From the NCBI GenBank assembly GCA_049967475.1, contig JBMFSQ010000016.1, positions 1 to 61,880 of the forward strand: a stretch of DNA of 61,880 nucleotides, given 5' to 3'. The notes beneath the pieces were generated by a model that did no database searches, was not told the origin of the DNA, and saw only the letters and a list, made by a program, of their open reading frames with translations. The position numbers were made by a program, and so were the translations under genes. Shown piece by piece: positions 23,826 to 34,133 of this stretch. The stretch comes from Chthonomonadales bacterium (lineage in GTDB: Bacteria; Armatimonadota; Chthonomonadetes; Chthonomonadales; CAJBBX01). Every line of letters begins with the position of its first letter. The first letter of the stretch is position 1.

Positions 23826-23857
23826 GGAATGGGATCCTTCCTGGCGGCAGTGCCGTT

Positions 23858-26368
23858 CTATCCGCGGGCACGCTCGATGCGTTCAACGTACTGATGGAGC
23901 AGGCGCTGGGATGCCTCGGGTGTGTCTGCTTCGGCGTAGACGTGAAAATAGGGCTCCGAAGCATCGGGAAGGACCAAGGCCCAGCTTCCGTTCTTGTAGA
24001 TCTTGATGCCGTCAATCAATTCGACGCGGTCCTGAGACTGCGCTTCCTGGGTAATCTCGCGCATGATGCGCCCCTTGATCTCCCATGGACAGCGCACCTG
24101 GGCCTGAGCTACATGGGCATCGGGAAGTTCACGCGCAATTTCGCCTACCGTAAGATCTGTGTGCGCCATCATCTCCAGCATCTTTCCGAAGGCGAACATG
24201 GAATCGAAACCTGGCTGGAATTCTCCGAAGATCAAGCCGCCGGAGGTGTCGCCCGAGAGATCCGCAGTAGGGCGCTTCTTATCAGATGGAACCGCTACTT
24301 CCATGAGGGACCGTACGTCCGCCTTCGTGCGGATTACAGAGCCGCCATGCAAGGCCACCAGGTGTTCGATGAGGGACGGGGCAATAACGGGAACGGCGAT
24401 GCGCGCATGTTCCCGCGTACGCGCAACCATCACAGCATAGAGGGCGAGGAGCTTGTCCCCGTCAATTACGGCGCCGGTTTCGTCCACCAGGGTGAGCCGC
24501 TCTCCATCCGTATGGAACAGGACGCCGATATCTGCGTTGAGCGTGCGGACGATGTTGGCGAGGTTGGGGAGAAGCGTTTTGTACGCTTGAGGTCCCCGGG
24601 GCGCTCGCGAGGCGTCCACATAGGCGTTGAGGGCGATAACGTCGCATCCGAGGCGTCCCAAAACGGCAGGAAAGATGCTGGCCACGCGGCCAAACGTGAA
24701 ATCCGCCACGACCTTGAAACGTCTCTGGATGATGGCAGCGGCGTCTATATGGCGGGCGTAATCTTCGTTGTACTGTTCCACGCTGCGTGAAGCGAACTCC
24801 AAGTCGCCGATGTGGTCTATATCGGCGCGGGCGAAGTCTTCCCTGAAGAAGATCGTCTCCACTTTACGCTCGGCAGCCTTGGAGAGGTAGATGCCGTTCT
24901 GATCCAGGAACTCTATGAGGAGGCTGCGGGGGTTGTTAGGCGCCACGCGCACGTACATTCCCCCTGCCGCGGCTGCACCCCGGATTGTATGGCGAGCGAT
25001 GGGCAGGGGCATGGACCGCAGGTCCAACACGTCACAGCCTACGGACATGAGCCCCGAGATGATGGCACGTTTGATCATGCGGGCAGGAAGCCCGGAGTCT
25101 CTTGCGGTGATCACGGTGGAACCGGGCTTCAGGTACGCTCCATAGCAGGATCCCAGCTTTGTGGCGAAATCCGGGGTGATCTCGATATTGGCGATGCCCG
25201 TCACACCTAGGTTGCGGAAGAGAGCGCCGAGCCACTTTTGCCCCCAAATGAGGCTCATGGTGACCGTAGATCCCGCCTCGATGATTTTGTCGGGCCAGAG
25301 CTTGATTTGGGTGCGGATGGTACTTTCCCGCTCGATGCGGCAACGCTCGCCGATCACGGCCCCTTCCTGAATGTCGCAATCGTTCTCGATCGTCACGTGG
25401 GAACAAACCGTGCACGCTGTGAGGCGGGAATTGGCGCCTACATACACGTTGTCCCAAAGAATGCTGCGATGCACAACGGCGCCACTGTCAATGATGGAGT
25501 TGTCGCCGATCACAGCATACGGGCCCACCGTAGCGCTCGGCTTGATCTTGACGTTGCGGCCCAAGAGGGTGGGCGCGATCACCTGCACATCCGGAGAGAT
25601 CTCCGATCCGTCGCCGACCCAAATGCCGCCCTTCTCGTTGCCGGCAATGGCCACCTTCGTGCGCCGGTCCAGAACCGTGTATTGGGCCTCGCGATACTGG
25701 GTAAGATTGCCCACGTCGCACCAGTAATCGCTCATTACGTAGCCGTAGATGGGCTTCTCCTCCTTCAGAAGCTGCGGGAAGATGTCCTGGCTCCAGTCGT
25801 AACTGGCTCCCGGCCTCATGTACTCGAAGACGCTCGGTTCCAGGATGTACATTCCCGTGTTGACCGTGTCGGAAAAGACCTCTCCCCAGCTTGGCTTCTC
25901 TAGGAAACGGCGGATGCGGCCTTCTTCATCGGTGATGACCACTCCGAATTCCAAGGGATTGTCCACATGCGAAAGAACAATGGTGGCCATGGAGTTCTTG
26001 TCGCAGTGGTACTTAATGGCTTTCGTAAGATCTATATCCGTTAACGCATCCCCGCTGACAATCACGAACATATCGTCCTTCAGATACTCTTCGGCCGCCT
26101 TCACACTGCCTGCAGTGCCGAGCGGGGTGTCTTCCACCGAATAGATTAGGCGCACGTCCCACTCCGACCCGTCGCCGAAGTATCCTTCGATTTCATCGGC
26201 CAGGTAGTGGAGCGTCACAACGATATCGGTGATGCCATGTTTGCGCAGGAGCACGATGATATGCTCCATGATGGGCTTATTCAGCACAGGCGCCAAGGGT
26301 TTGGGACGATGGGCGGTCAGAGGACGCAACCGCGTACCCTCTCCTCCGGCCATCACAACTGCTTTCAT
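23858..26368 (-). CDS. mannose-1-phosphate guanylyltransferase / phosphomannomutase-like fusion
   Basis: [23 protein letters not shown], hexapeptide repeats, C-terminal PGM/PMM-like domains. Confidence 0.9.
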   Translation of the reverse strand: MKAVVMAGGEGTRLRPLTAHRPKPLAPVLNKPIMEHIIVLLRKHGITDIVVTLHYLADEIEGYFGDGSEWDVRLIYSVEDTPLGTAGSVKAAEEYLKDDMFVIVSGDALTDIDLTKAIKYHCDKNSMATIVLSHVDNPLEFGVVITDEEGRIRRFLEKPSWGEVFSDTVNTGMYILEPSVFEYMRPGASYDWSQDIFPQLLKEEKPIYGYVMSDYWCDVGNLTQYREAQYTVLDRRTKVAIAGNEKGGIWVGDGSEISPDVQVIAPTLLGRNVKIKPSATVGPYAVIGDNSIIDSGAVVHRSILWDNVYVGANSRLTACTVCSHVTIENDCDIQEGAVIGERCRIERESTIRTQIKLWPDKIIEAGSTVTMSLIWGQKWLGALFRNLGVTGIANIEITPDFATKLGSCYGAYLKPGSTVITARDSGLPARMIKRAIISGLMSVGCDVLDLRSMPLPIARHTIRGAAAAGGMYVRVAPNNPRSLLIEFLDQNGIYLSKAAERKVETIFFREDFARADIDHIGDLEFASRSVEQYNEDYARHIDAAAIIQRRFKVVADFTFGRVASIFPAVLGRLGCDVIALNAYVDASRAPRGPQAYKTLLPNLANIVRTLNADIGVLFHTDGERLTLVDETGAVIDGDKLLALYAVMVARTREHARIAVPVIAPSLIEHLVALHGGSVIRTKADVRSLMEVAVPSDKKRPTADLSGDTSGGLIFGEFQPGFDSMFAFGKMLEMMAHTDLTVGEIARELPDAHVAQAQVRCPWEIKGRIMREITQEAQSQDRVELIDGIKIYKNGSWALVLPDASEPYFHVYAEADTPEASQRLLHQYVERIERARG

Positions 26369-26808
26369 TCCACCGTCTCCTTAGTAATCGGATTGCTTGA
26401 GGCTGCCCAGATCATTACGGATCCGCTCAACAGAGCCGTCAACACTCCGGGATATGGGCCCAGGTGCGTCAACGCGAGCGCAAGAATCACAGAAGCGAGC
26501 ACATTCTTGAGCAGCTTCGTCTCCAGCGCCCCCAGGAAGGACCCGGCAAGAGCCGCGATGCCGTAACCAACGGCACACGCTATGACGAACCAGCCTACCC
26601 GGCTGCGTCCGATGCTCAGGTCGAAGGCGGTTTGGCTGACCCATGCATCGGACACATACATGGCCGCCGCTCCTCCCGGCGAGATTTCCGCCGCTGTTGT
26701 GCGCGACCAAGGCAGCAGAGTGCTTGCGCCGGCCAGGCAGATGGATGCCACGGCAGCCCACGGCTTTGCTCCAGATAGAGACCGACGCACTTTCATCATC
26801 ACTATCAT
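26365..26808 (-). CDS. hypothetical membrane protein
   Basis: About 4 hydrophobic segments; ATGA overlap with the downstream gene. Confidence 0.6.
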   Translation of the reverse strand: MIVMMKVRRSLSGAKPWAAVASICLAGASTLLPWSRTTAAEISPGGAAAMYVSDAWVSQTAFDLSIGRSRVGWFVIACAVGYGIAALAGSFLGALETKLLKNVLASVILALALTHLGPYPGVLTALLSGSVMIWAASSNPITKETVE

Positions 26809-26832
26809 GACGCTGGGAATGCCCCTTCCGGT

Positions 26833-27228
26833 TCAGATGCGCCGGACCTCGATCCATGCCACAGCCGCCAAAGCAAAGAGAGCGACATCCCCTATAACGA
26901 ACAGAACCAGCGGCGGTTCCAATGCGTTAACGGCAGCCGCTGTGGCGGCGCACAGGAGCGGCCAACCTGCGGTAAAGGGCACGCGGCGGCGTTCTCTCAC
27001 TCCGCCCATCTGCACATCCAGCAGGTGGAGGAACCACGCTCCGTAAGCCACCATCGGGATTAAGGCGCGCAACAACGCCCAGGGCGCATGACTGGCGCAA
27101 ACTACAAGAGTAACCGCCCAGGCAACGCGCCTCCGCTCCCACTTACGTTGATCGTGCCACGCGGATTCCATCCCGACTGATGCAGACGCACAACAAGGCG
27201 ATGGAGCACGGCGCCCCATCGCCTTCAT
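26833..27228 (-). CDS. hypothetical membrane protein
   Basis: Hydrophobic ORF co-oriented with neighbours; start may be 27219 or later. Confidence 0.5.
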   Translation of the reverse strand: MKAMGRRAPSPCCASASVGMESAWHDQRKWERRRVAWAVTLVVCASHAPWALLRALIPMVAYGAWFLHLLDVQMGGVRERRRVPFTAGWPLLCAATAAAVNALEPPLVLFVIGDVALFALAAVAWIEVRRI

Positions 27229-27260
27229 TCTACTAATCAGACACTTTGTCCTGCCGACGC

Positions 27261-27710
27261 CTAATGCTTTTGGTGCCTCCCGTGGAGCGCAAGGCGCTTC
27301 CCATCAGCGCGCACCTCAGCCTTTCCGTTGCGGCTTTGGGCGGCGATGTGGCTCCGGCCGCTCAAGGTGAAGACCGTGTCTCCATCTTGGCTGAAAGCGC
27401 CCGTGATGACGTCTCCCGTGTCGAAGACTGCAGAGAAATACACGTAATCGTCGGCATACAGGTTGTCTACCGTGATTGTAACTATGTCATACGGATCCAA
27501 ATGGATTGTGTCCAGATAATCCGTACCATTCACATACAAGTCTACGTCTGCTGCGGCATAGGTGTCGTTCTCCAAGGTGCGTGTGATCGTTTTGGATCCC
27601 CAGTAAGTTCCGCCAAAACCCGTATCGGTCTGCACGGTGGAGATGCCGCTTCCACAGCCTGCTGTGACCCCAAGGACCACAATCGCAAGCCAAGAGATTG
27701 CGTTCCGCAT
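27261..27710 (-). CDS. hypothetical lipoprotein
   Basis: MRNAISWLAIVVLGVTAGC lipobox; AAAGGAGG RBS. Confidence 0.75.
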   Translation of the reverse strand: MRNAISWLAIVVLGVTAGCGSGISTVQTDTGFGGTYWGSKTITRTLENDTYAAADVDLYVNGTDYLDTIHLDPYDIVTITVDNLYADDYVYFSAVFDTGDVITGAFSQDGDTVFTLSGRSHIAAQSRNGKAEVRADGKRLALHGRHQKH

Positions 27711-27900
27711 GGCGGCCTCCTTTACCCGCCCTAACCACTCTGCCGGCGGGTGCGCTGGGAAATTCGATGTCCTGTTCATAATGAACGCCTTCCCCGTACG
27801 GGTGTGACGCGCAAAACCGGTATCCTATGGGGAAGGCGATTGTGGAAAAACGAAGCGGCCCGAACCCGGTTCGGCAATATACGCGAGAGGTGCTTATTCC

Positions 27901-28311
27901 ATGGAGGATGGACGCAGCGCGAAGGCGGCTGGCTTTACGCTCATTGAGATGCTGGTAGTGCTTCTGGTACTGGCGATCCTCATGGCGGTCGCCCTTCCAC
28001 TCTATCTGGGGGCACTCACAAAGTCCGAAGTGCAAACGTGCCGGGCGAATATGTGGTCCATCGCCGAAGCAGAGCAGGCCTACCGCTCTCGGACAACGGC
28101 GCATGTGTATACCACAGCGCTGAGCGATCTTTCAGGAGACCTGGGGGCGACGCCTACATGCCCCTCTGGGGGCGTCTACTCCGTTGTGATCTCCACCGGC
28201 AGCGGCGCCGATGTAGGGAATAACGGCCTTCCCGTGCCGTCCGGAGGCGTGATCGTGAAATGCTCGGCTGCCGGTCACGGCGTGTACGCGCCGGGGGTAG
28301 ACAATAACTGA
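27901..28311 (+). CDS. type IV pilin / prepilin-type N-terminal methylation protein
   Basis: G|FTLIEMLVVLLVLAILMAVALP class III signal; C-terminal Cys residues (CPSGG..KC..GH). Confidence 0.9.
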   Translation: MEDGRSAKAAGFTLIEMLVVLLVLAILMAVALPLYLGALTKSEVQTCRANMWSIAEAEQAYRSRTTAHVYTTALSDLSGDLGATPTCPSGGVYSVVISTGSGADVGNNGLPVPSGGVIVKCSAAGHGVYAPGVDNN

Positions 28312-28317
28312 GGGAAC

Positions 28318-29244
28318 CTACCGGCGCAGCAGGTGCCTCAAGACGAACCAGAGGTTGGCGGGCCGCTCCGCCAGGCGCCGCATCATGTATCCGTACCATT
28401 CATGCCCAAAGGGCACATATACGCGCACCCCGTACCCTTCACGAACCAGGCTCGCCTGACGTTCTCGCCGAATGCCGTACAACATCTGGAATTCGTAGCG
28501 GTTGGGGGCGATGGCGTTCTCGCGGGCATAGGTCTGGGCCATCCGGATGAGGCGTTCGTCGTGCGTGGCGACGGCAGGGTACGTACCGCGGCGCAATAGT
28601 TCTTTCATGAGGTGGGCGTATTGGCTATCCACCTCAGATTTGCGCTGGTAGGCCACCTGCGCAGGTTCGCTGTACGCCCCTTTCACCAGCCGCACCCGGG
28701 CGCCAGCGGCGATGAGCTTCTCCACGTCGCCTTCACTCCGATAAAGGTAACTCTGGATCACCGGGCCAACGTTGCGAGTGCGGGACCAGAGCGCGTAGAA
28801 GATGTTCAGCGTATCCTCCGTGTACCGGGAGCCCTCCATGTCTATCCGCACGAAGCAATCATGCTCCGCGGCATAGAGAACGATCCTTTCAGCATTCTCC
28901 AGCGCCACGGTGTGGCCCAAATCCAGGCCAAGCTGGGTGAGTTTGATGGAGATATTCGCCTGAAGGCCATTCTGGCGGATGAAAGCAACCACCCGCATAT
29001 AGGCCTCGGCATACTTCCCGGCCTCTTCCCGGTCATGCACGTTTTCTCCGAGGTAATCCAATGAGGCCGTAATGCCCGTCGCGTTGAGGGAGCGCACGGG
29101 CTCTAGCGTGTCCTCCAGACTTTCTCCAGCAACGAAGCGGTGGGCCAAACGGGCAGCCAGACCGTTACGGCCGGCAATGCGCTTCAGATTGGGGCTCTCG
29201 GCCAGCCTCAACAGGATCGCACGCGCAAGCAACGCCCCCTCCAT
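28318..29244 (-). CDS. monofunctional proline dehydrogenase
   Basis: RFVAGE, SIKLTQLG, RIDME, RLVKGAY, ATHD, EFQMLYG, YMMRRLAERPAN. Confidence 0.95.
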   Translation of the reverse strand: MEGALLARAILLRLAESPNLKRIAGRNGLAARLAHRFVAGESLEDTLEPVRSLNATGITASLDYLGENVHDREEAGKYAEAYMRVVAFIRQNGLQANISIKLTQLGLDLGHTVALENAERIVLYAAEHDCFVRIDMEGSRYTEDTLNIFYALWSRTRNVGPVIQSYLYRSEGDVEKLIAAGARVRLVKGAYSEPAQVAYQRKSEVDSQYAHLMKELLRRGTYPAVATHDERLIRMAQTYARENAIAPNRYEFQMLYGIRRERQASLVREGYGVRVYVPFGHEWYGYMMRRLAERPANLWFVLRHLLRR

Positions 29245-29298
29245 CGCGATAGGTCCGGCGCGCTCCCAGCAAGGATAAGAGCGCCTGGCCCGTTAAGG

Positions 29299-30402
29299 CT
29301 ATTGCTGCCCAGTGTACCCGCCCGATGGCGGCGCAGCATTACCCGTAGGCGGATTTTGCCATGTTAAAGAATTAAAGCCGAACTGAAGCGCCGTACCCAA
29401 ATCGGGCTCAGGAGGCAGACCGGCAATGGCGCCGCGATTTGTCTCAGCGGTGAGCATCAGGGAAGGTTTGCCTTGCCCATCCAAGGCGTACACGAGGATC
29501 GTGGCAGCATCCAATGTTTCCTGAAGCGTGGGGTTCTGCGTTTGGAAGGCCCCTCTGGCTGCACCCAGCGCTGCCCAAACGGCGGCGGGGCGTGCCTCCT
29601 GCGGCGTGGATTGAGGCCCGCGGTAGATGAGCTCGATGGTAACCCGCTGCATCTGCGGATCCAGATGAACGCCGGACACATCGGCGGTGGGCTGAACCCA
29701 GGGATCCGATGCTATGGCTGCCCACAGCTCTTTTTCTAGCGAGGCTGCGCCGTCGCCGGAGCCTGGAAGCGTGTTGGCGGCGCTCGCCTCGGACCGCTTC
29801 GGGTGAGGCTTTTCCGCGGGCATCACCGGCTTGGGGCTGGCGGCGGAGGTACGGGCTGCCGGAGGCGGAAGGGGTGGGCCGGGTGCTTGCCCTTGTGGGA
29901 TGCCTTTGGGTGCAGGAGAAGCTGGAACCGGAGCTTGACGGCCTTCCGGAACGGGTTTGAACAGAAGGACGCCGCCAATCGTTACAAGAAACAGAACCCC
30001 TACTGCAGTTGCCGCATTCACCCACACGGCGGGCTTGAGCCCCAGCAGCTTCTGCGTTCCGGTACCCGCCGTTGCGCCGGCGCCGCCGGAGCCGGCAGCC
30101 TGTTGTTTGGCCGCAAGATCTCGCGCCTTTTGCAGCTTCAGACGATCAGGTTCGCTGTCTGCATCCAGATCCAGGGCCATCTGGTACCAGGCGGCGGCTT
30201 CTTCATATTTGCCCTGGGCAAAGAACGTGTCGCCAAGAAGAGAGTGTGCGTGGACGTTGTTGGGGTCCTTCCGCAACACCGCAATGCACTGCTGCTCCGC
30301 AAGGGACCAGAGGCCGCGGATGCGGTAGAGGTTCGCCTCCGCGAGAGCCGTTTCAAGCGCAGGGTCTGGAGTTTGTGCAATGGCATCCGTCATAGCGTTC
30401 AT
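29299..30402 (-). CDS. TPR-containing membrane protein
   Basis: N-terminal TPR (AHSLLGDTFFAQGKYEEAAAWY), one TM, Pro-rich linker; start uncertain. Confidence 0.7.
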   Translation of the reverse strand: MNAMTDAIAQTPDPALETALAEANLYRIRGLWSLAEQQCIAVLRKDPNNVHAHSLLGDTFFAQGKYEEAAAWYQMALDLDADSEPDRLKLQKARDLAAKQQAAGSGGAGATAGTGTQKLLGLKPAVWVNAATAVGVLFLVTIGGVLLFKPVPEGRQAPVPASPAPKGIPQGQAPGPPLPPPAARTSAASPKPVMPAEKPHPKRSEASAANTLPGSGDGAASLEKELWAAIASDPWVQPTADVSGVHLDPQMQRVTIELIYRGPQSTPQEARPAAVWAALGAARGAFQTQNPTLQETLDAATILVYALDGQGKPSLMLTAETNRGAIAGLPPEPDLGTALQFGFNSLTWQNPPTGNAAPPSGGYTGQQ

Positions 30403-30446
30403 CGGGTTGTTCCCGGGCATGCGGCGACCGAAGCGTCGCGGAGCAG

Positions 30447-30956
30447 TCAGCGCCCGGTATGACCGAAGCCCCCGCTTCCCCGTTGCGTGTCGTCCATGTC
30501 GGCCACCTCGATCCACTGCGCTTTCACGATGGGCGCCACAACCATTTGGGCGATGCGGTCGCCGCGCTGGATCGTTTGCGTCTCGCCGCTCAGGTTTACA
30601 AGGATAACACTGATTTCACCCCGGTAATCGCTGTCTATCGTACCGGGCGCATTGACCATGCCGATGCCCTTGTGCAGTGCAAGGCCGCTCCTGGGACGTA
30701 TCTGGGCCTCGAACCCTTCAGGCAGGGCGATGCGGATGCCGGTGGGTACGAGGCAGCGTTCGCCGGGCCGAAGCGTCACAGCTTCTTCAACCGCTGCCCG
30801 CAGATCCATCCCGGCAGCTCCAGGTGTAGCGTAAGCAGGAAGCGGGAGGCCCGCGCCGTGGGGCAAACGGTGAACCCGTACCTTCACGCTCCCGGCACCG
30901 CCTATGCCTACGCGCACCCCATCGCCGGCCGACGGTTGATCCACGATGTGTCCCAT
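30447..30956 (-). CDS. dut: dUTP diphosphatase
   Basis: [39 protein letters not shown]. Confidence 0.97.
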   Translation of the reverse strand: MGHIVDQPSAGDGVRVGIGGAGSVKVRVHRLPHGAGLPLPAYATPGAAGMDLRAAVEEAVTLRPGERCLVPTGIRIALPEGFEAQIRPRSGLALHKGIGMVNAPGTIDSDYRGEISVILVNLSGETQTIQRGDRIAQMVVAPIVKAQWIEVADMDDTQRGSGGFGHTGR

Positions 30957-31009
30957 TCACTGTGACGTTGCGGCGTGCGCCGTTGTTCCCGAAAAGGCCC
31001 CTTTGCCAG

Positions 31010-32764
31010 TTAGGCGCTCTTCTGCGCGCCGTCTTCTGGCGGTGCCTTGGGGATGCGGAACCAGAAGGTAGACCCCTGCCCCACCTTGCTTTCCACCCAA
31101 ATGGTGCCGTGATGGGCCTCCACCAGGTTCTTCACAAGGAACAGGCCGATGCCCGTGCCCTTTACGCTGGCGGTGCGAGGGTTGTGGATGCGGCGATAGG
31201 GTTTGAAGAGCTTGCTCATGGCGCTCTCGGGGATGCCGGTGCCATGGTCTTGCACGCCGATTAGAACGGTGTTGGTTTCGGGTTCTTCCCGGATGATCAC
31301 ACGCACCTCGCCGCCCTCGGGGGAGTATTTGATGGCGTTGCTCACAAGGTTCTGAAGGATCTGTTCGATCTGATCCTTGCCTACTATGGCGCGCACGACT
31401 TCCGGTTGGGAATCCACTACTAGTGGGTGCTTCTCGGTATTGGTCATGCCACGCTGAACTTCGAGTACGGCCTCGGCGAGCTCCGTGAGGTTCACATCTT
31501 CCCAGAAGAGCTGCTGGGCGATGCCCCTTTCGATGCGCGTGACACTGAGCAGATCATTGATGAGGCGGCCGAGGCGATCCACATTCTGTTCGATAATCTG
31601 GTAGTACTCTTTGCGTTCCTCGAAGCTGAAGGAGTCGAACTCGTCCTGGGCAAGCATGCTGATGAAACCCTTGATGGGCGTCATCGGCGTGCGGAGTTCG
31701 TGTGCTGCGATGGCCACGAACTCCGTCTTCATGCGCTCCAGGTTGCGGATCTCGGTAATATCGTTTAGAATGACCGCAGTGCCTATGAGGCGCTTATCCT
31801 CCCCCCGCACCATGGCCGAGTGCATCTGGTAGATGCGATCTTCCTCAGTTTCAGGATCGGGTACAACGATCTCTTCGGCAGCCTTGCCGTCCTCCTCGCC
31901 ATTCTCGCCGTTGTTGGCGGGCTCTTCCGTGAGCATGCGGGCCAGGATCTCCTTGGCCTTTTCGTGCTTGATCACATCTGCATAATGCCGGCCGATGGGA
32001 TCGCCGGAAACTCCGAAGATCTGCCTGGCCCGCGCATTCATTTGAATGAGCTTGCCGTTCTCGGCGATCAGCATGAGGCCGGCGTAGAGGCTCTCGATCG
32101 TGTGGACCAGCTTCTCGCGCTCCTCGAGTACCTCTTGGAACATCTGGGCGCTGGCGATAACGGCCGCGGCATTGCGCGCCAGGCGCTCGAGGAGGCGTAC
32201 ATCTTCGTCAATGAATTCTCCGCCGTAGCGCTTGTTGAAGACGCTAAGCACACCGATCGGGATGCGCTCCAAAACGCGGTTCTCTTCGTCGCGCCGTTCC
32301 ACGACCAGCGGAACGATCACGCCGTTGCGGATGTGCAGGAGCGCTACCTTTTCTTTGATGGTGCGCGGATCGTGTATCGCGTCGTGGAATATGGCCGGAT
32401 GCTCGCTCCGGAACACCTCGCCCGCTACGCCCTCCGTGATTTTGACGCGAAGCAACTTGAGGTCGTTGTCGCTGATGCCGAACGCCGGAGCTCGACCGAC
32501 AAGCTCGCCGGTCTCCTTGTCCAGGATCTGGATGACGCACTTCTCTGCCTGGAGGATCATGGCGATGCGCTGGACGAGGCGCTTGAGGGTGTCTTCAAAC
32601 TCGGTGATGGCGACTGGGGCTTCTACGACTTCCGAGGCCTTGAGGCCCCGCTGAAGGTTCGCAATCTCCTGGTTCTTCTCTGCAAGTTGCTGTTCCAGAC
32701 TGGCGATGCGCTGCTCCAGTTCGGTGATGCGATGTTGCAGCGCTTCCTGATCCACAATGGACAT
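31010..32764 (-). CDS. cytoplasmic GAF-PAS sensor histidine kinase
   Basis: N-terminal coiled coil, GAF, PAS, AHELRTP H-box, NLVSNAIKY, DHGTGI, GTGIGL. Confidence 0.92.
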   Translation of the reverse strand: MSIVDQEALQHRITELEQRIASLEQQLAEKNQEIANLQRGLKASEVVEAPVAITEFEDTLKRLVQRIAMILQAEKCVIQILDKETGELVGRAPAFGISDNDLKLLRVKITEGVAGEVFRSEHPAIFHDAIHDPRTIKEKVALLHIRNGVIVPLVVERRDEENRVLERIPIGVLSVFNKRYGGEFIDEDVRLLERLARNAAAVIASAQMFQEVLEEREKLVHTIESLYAGLMLIAENGKLIQMNARARQIFGVSGDPIGRHYADVIKHEKAKEILARMLTEEPANNGENGEEDGKAAEEIVVPDPETEEDRIYQMHSAMVRGEDKRLIGTAVILNDITEIRNLERMKTEFVAIAAHELRTPMTPIKGFISMLAQDEFDSFSFEERKEYYQIIEQNVDRLGRLINDLLSVTRIERGIAQQLFWEDVNLTELAEAVLEVQRGMTNTEKHPLVVDSQPEVVRAIVGKDQIEQILQNLVSNAIKYSPEGGEVRVIIREEPETNTVLIGVQDHGTGIPESAMSKLFKPYRRIHNPRTASVKGTGIGLFLVKNLVEAHHGTIWVESKVGQGSTFWFRIPKAPPEDGAQKSA

Positions 32765-32810
32765 CCCGGGAACCCCCACGTCGCCTCGATGCTTAGGCGT
32801 TGACCACGTG

Positions 32811-32839
32811 ATTATAGCCCATGCCGCCGCCTTTGTAAA
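32811..32839 (-). promoter_or_regulatory. sigma70 promoter of the histidine kinase
   Basis: Minus strand TTTACA (32839-34), 17 nt, TATAAT (32816-11). Confidence 0.6.
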
Positions 32840-32997
32840 TTGTAGGTGTCTGCAAGGCGTGGCGAGAGGGCGCGGAGGAATCGGGGGCGGTCCTAGCGAA
32901 TGACGTGTGCGGGTTCCGAGCCCTCCGTCGGCCGGATGCGGCGTCGCCCTGCAACAGGGCTTCGGGATGCCATCTTGGTAGAATGAGGATGGACGGT

Positions 32998-34107
32998 ATG
33001 GCCACGTTACGCAAAATACCAGGGTTTGGATACGTAGCCGCCGCAATACTCGTAGCGGTGGGTTTGGCGTCATGCAGGAACGCGCAGAACTCTCAATCGC
33101 CGGGCACACCTCCGGCGGCGCCCGCAGCAGCAGCGTCTCTTGCTTCCTTCGATAAGCCCCTGAAGCCCGAGGGGGACGTAACCATCAAAATCATTACGAA
33201 CGGCATCTCGCCATTCTGGGACTCTATGGGCAAAGGGGTAGATGCTGAGAAGGCTGAGCTCCCGGGCTGCAACGCATCCTGGAGCGCCCCCGATCCGGCC
33301 GATAACAACGCCCAGAAGCAGCTTTTTGAGAACGCCCGCGCCGCCGGAGCCAACGGCATCGCCGTGTCCCCCATTGAAGCGGATGCCTTCGCGTCCACCA
33401 TCAACGAGGCCATTGATGCCGGTACCCCCGTCATCACGTTCGACTCGGATTCGCCCAACAGTAAGCGCCTGGCATACATAGGCACCAACAACTACGAAGC
33501 CGGCAAGCGCGCAGGCGAAGCAGCCGTGAAGCTCTTTCCGAACGGCGCCAAGCTCGTGGCCTTCGTGGGAAATATGAGCGCACAGAACGCCAATGACCGA
33601 TACCGGGGCTTTCTGGATGCCGTGAAGGGCCACAACATCGAGATGCTGCAAGATCCCTTCGAGGATAACAAAGACGCCGGCAAAGCCCGCCAGAATGTGG
33701 CGGAGGCCATCACCAAGTTCGGCGACAAGATCAACGGCTTCCTTGGCCTTTACAGCTACAATGGGCCCGCCATCGTGGATGAAGTCATGAAGCAGAACCT
33801 TCGCTCCAAAGTGAAGATCATCTGCTTCGATGGGGAACCCAAGACCCTGGAGAATTTGCGCAAGGGTCTCGTGGATGTAACGGTCGTTCAGAAGCCGTAT
33901 GAATTTGGCCGCATCTCTACCCGATTGCTGTATCTGATCAACCGCAAGGGCTTCAAAGCCGCAATGGAAGAGCTCAAGCCCGACCTGGAGAAGCAGGGCA
34001 TGAAGGTGAATGGCAGCATCATTGACACGGGAGTGGAAGTCATCACGCCCCAGAATGCACAGCCATTCCTGGAGAAGCTCCAGAAGATGGGCTTGACCTC
34101 CACGTAG
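32998..34107 (+). CDS. sugar ABC transporter substrate-binding lipoprotein (RbsB-like)
   Basis: LASC lipobox, SPFW, PVITFDSD, YIGTNNYEAG, VVQKPYEFG. Confidence 0.92.
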   Translation: MATLRKIPGFGYVAAAILVAVGLASCRNAQNSQSPGTPPAAPAAAASLASFDKPLKPEGDVTIKIITNGISPFWDSMGKGVDAEKAELPGCNASWSAPDPADNNAQKQLFENARAAGANGIAVSPIEADAFASTINEAIDAGTPVITFDSDSPNSKRLAYIGTNNYEAGKRAGEAAVKLFPNGAKLVAFVGNMSAQNANDRYRGFLDAVKGHNIEMLQDPFEDNKDAGKARQNVAEAITKFGDKINGFLGLYSYNGPAIVDEVMKQNLRSKVKIICFDGEPKTLENLRKGLVDVTVVQKPYEFGRISTRLLYLINRKGFKAAMEELKPDLEKQGMKVNGSIIDTGVEVITPQNAQPFLEKLQKMGLTST

Positions 34108-34133
34108 ACGCCAGCACGGCGATAGATCCGCGG

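Noticed and set aside
27860..27874. Gram-positive-type LexA box
   Set aside because: The spacer is 3 nt (CGAAC-CCG-GTTCG) rather than the required 4.
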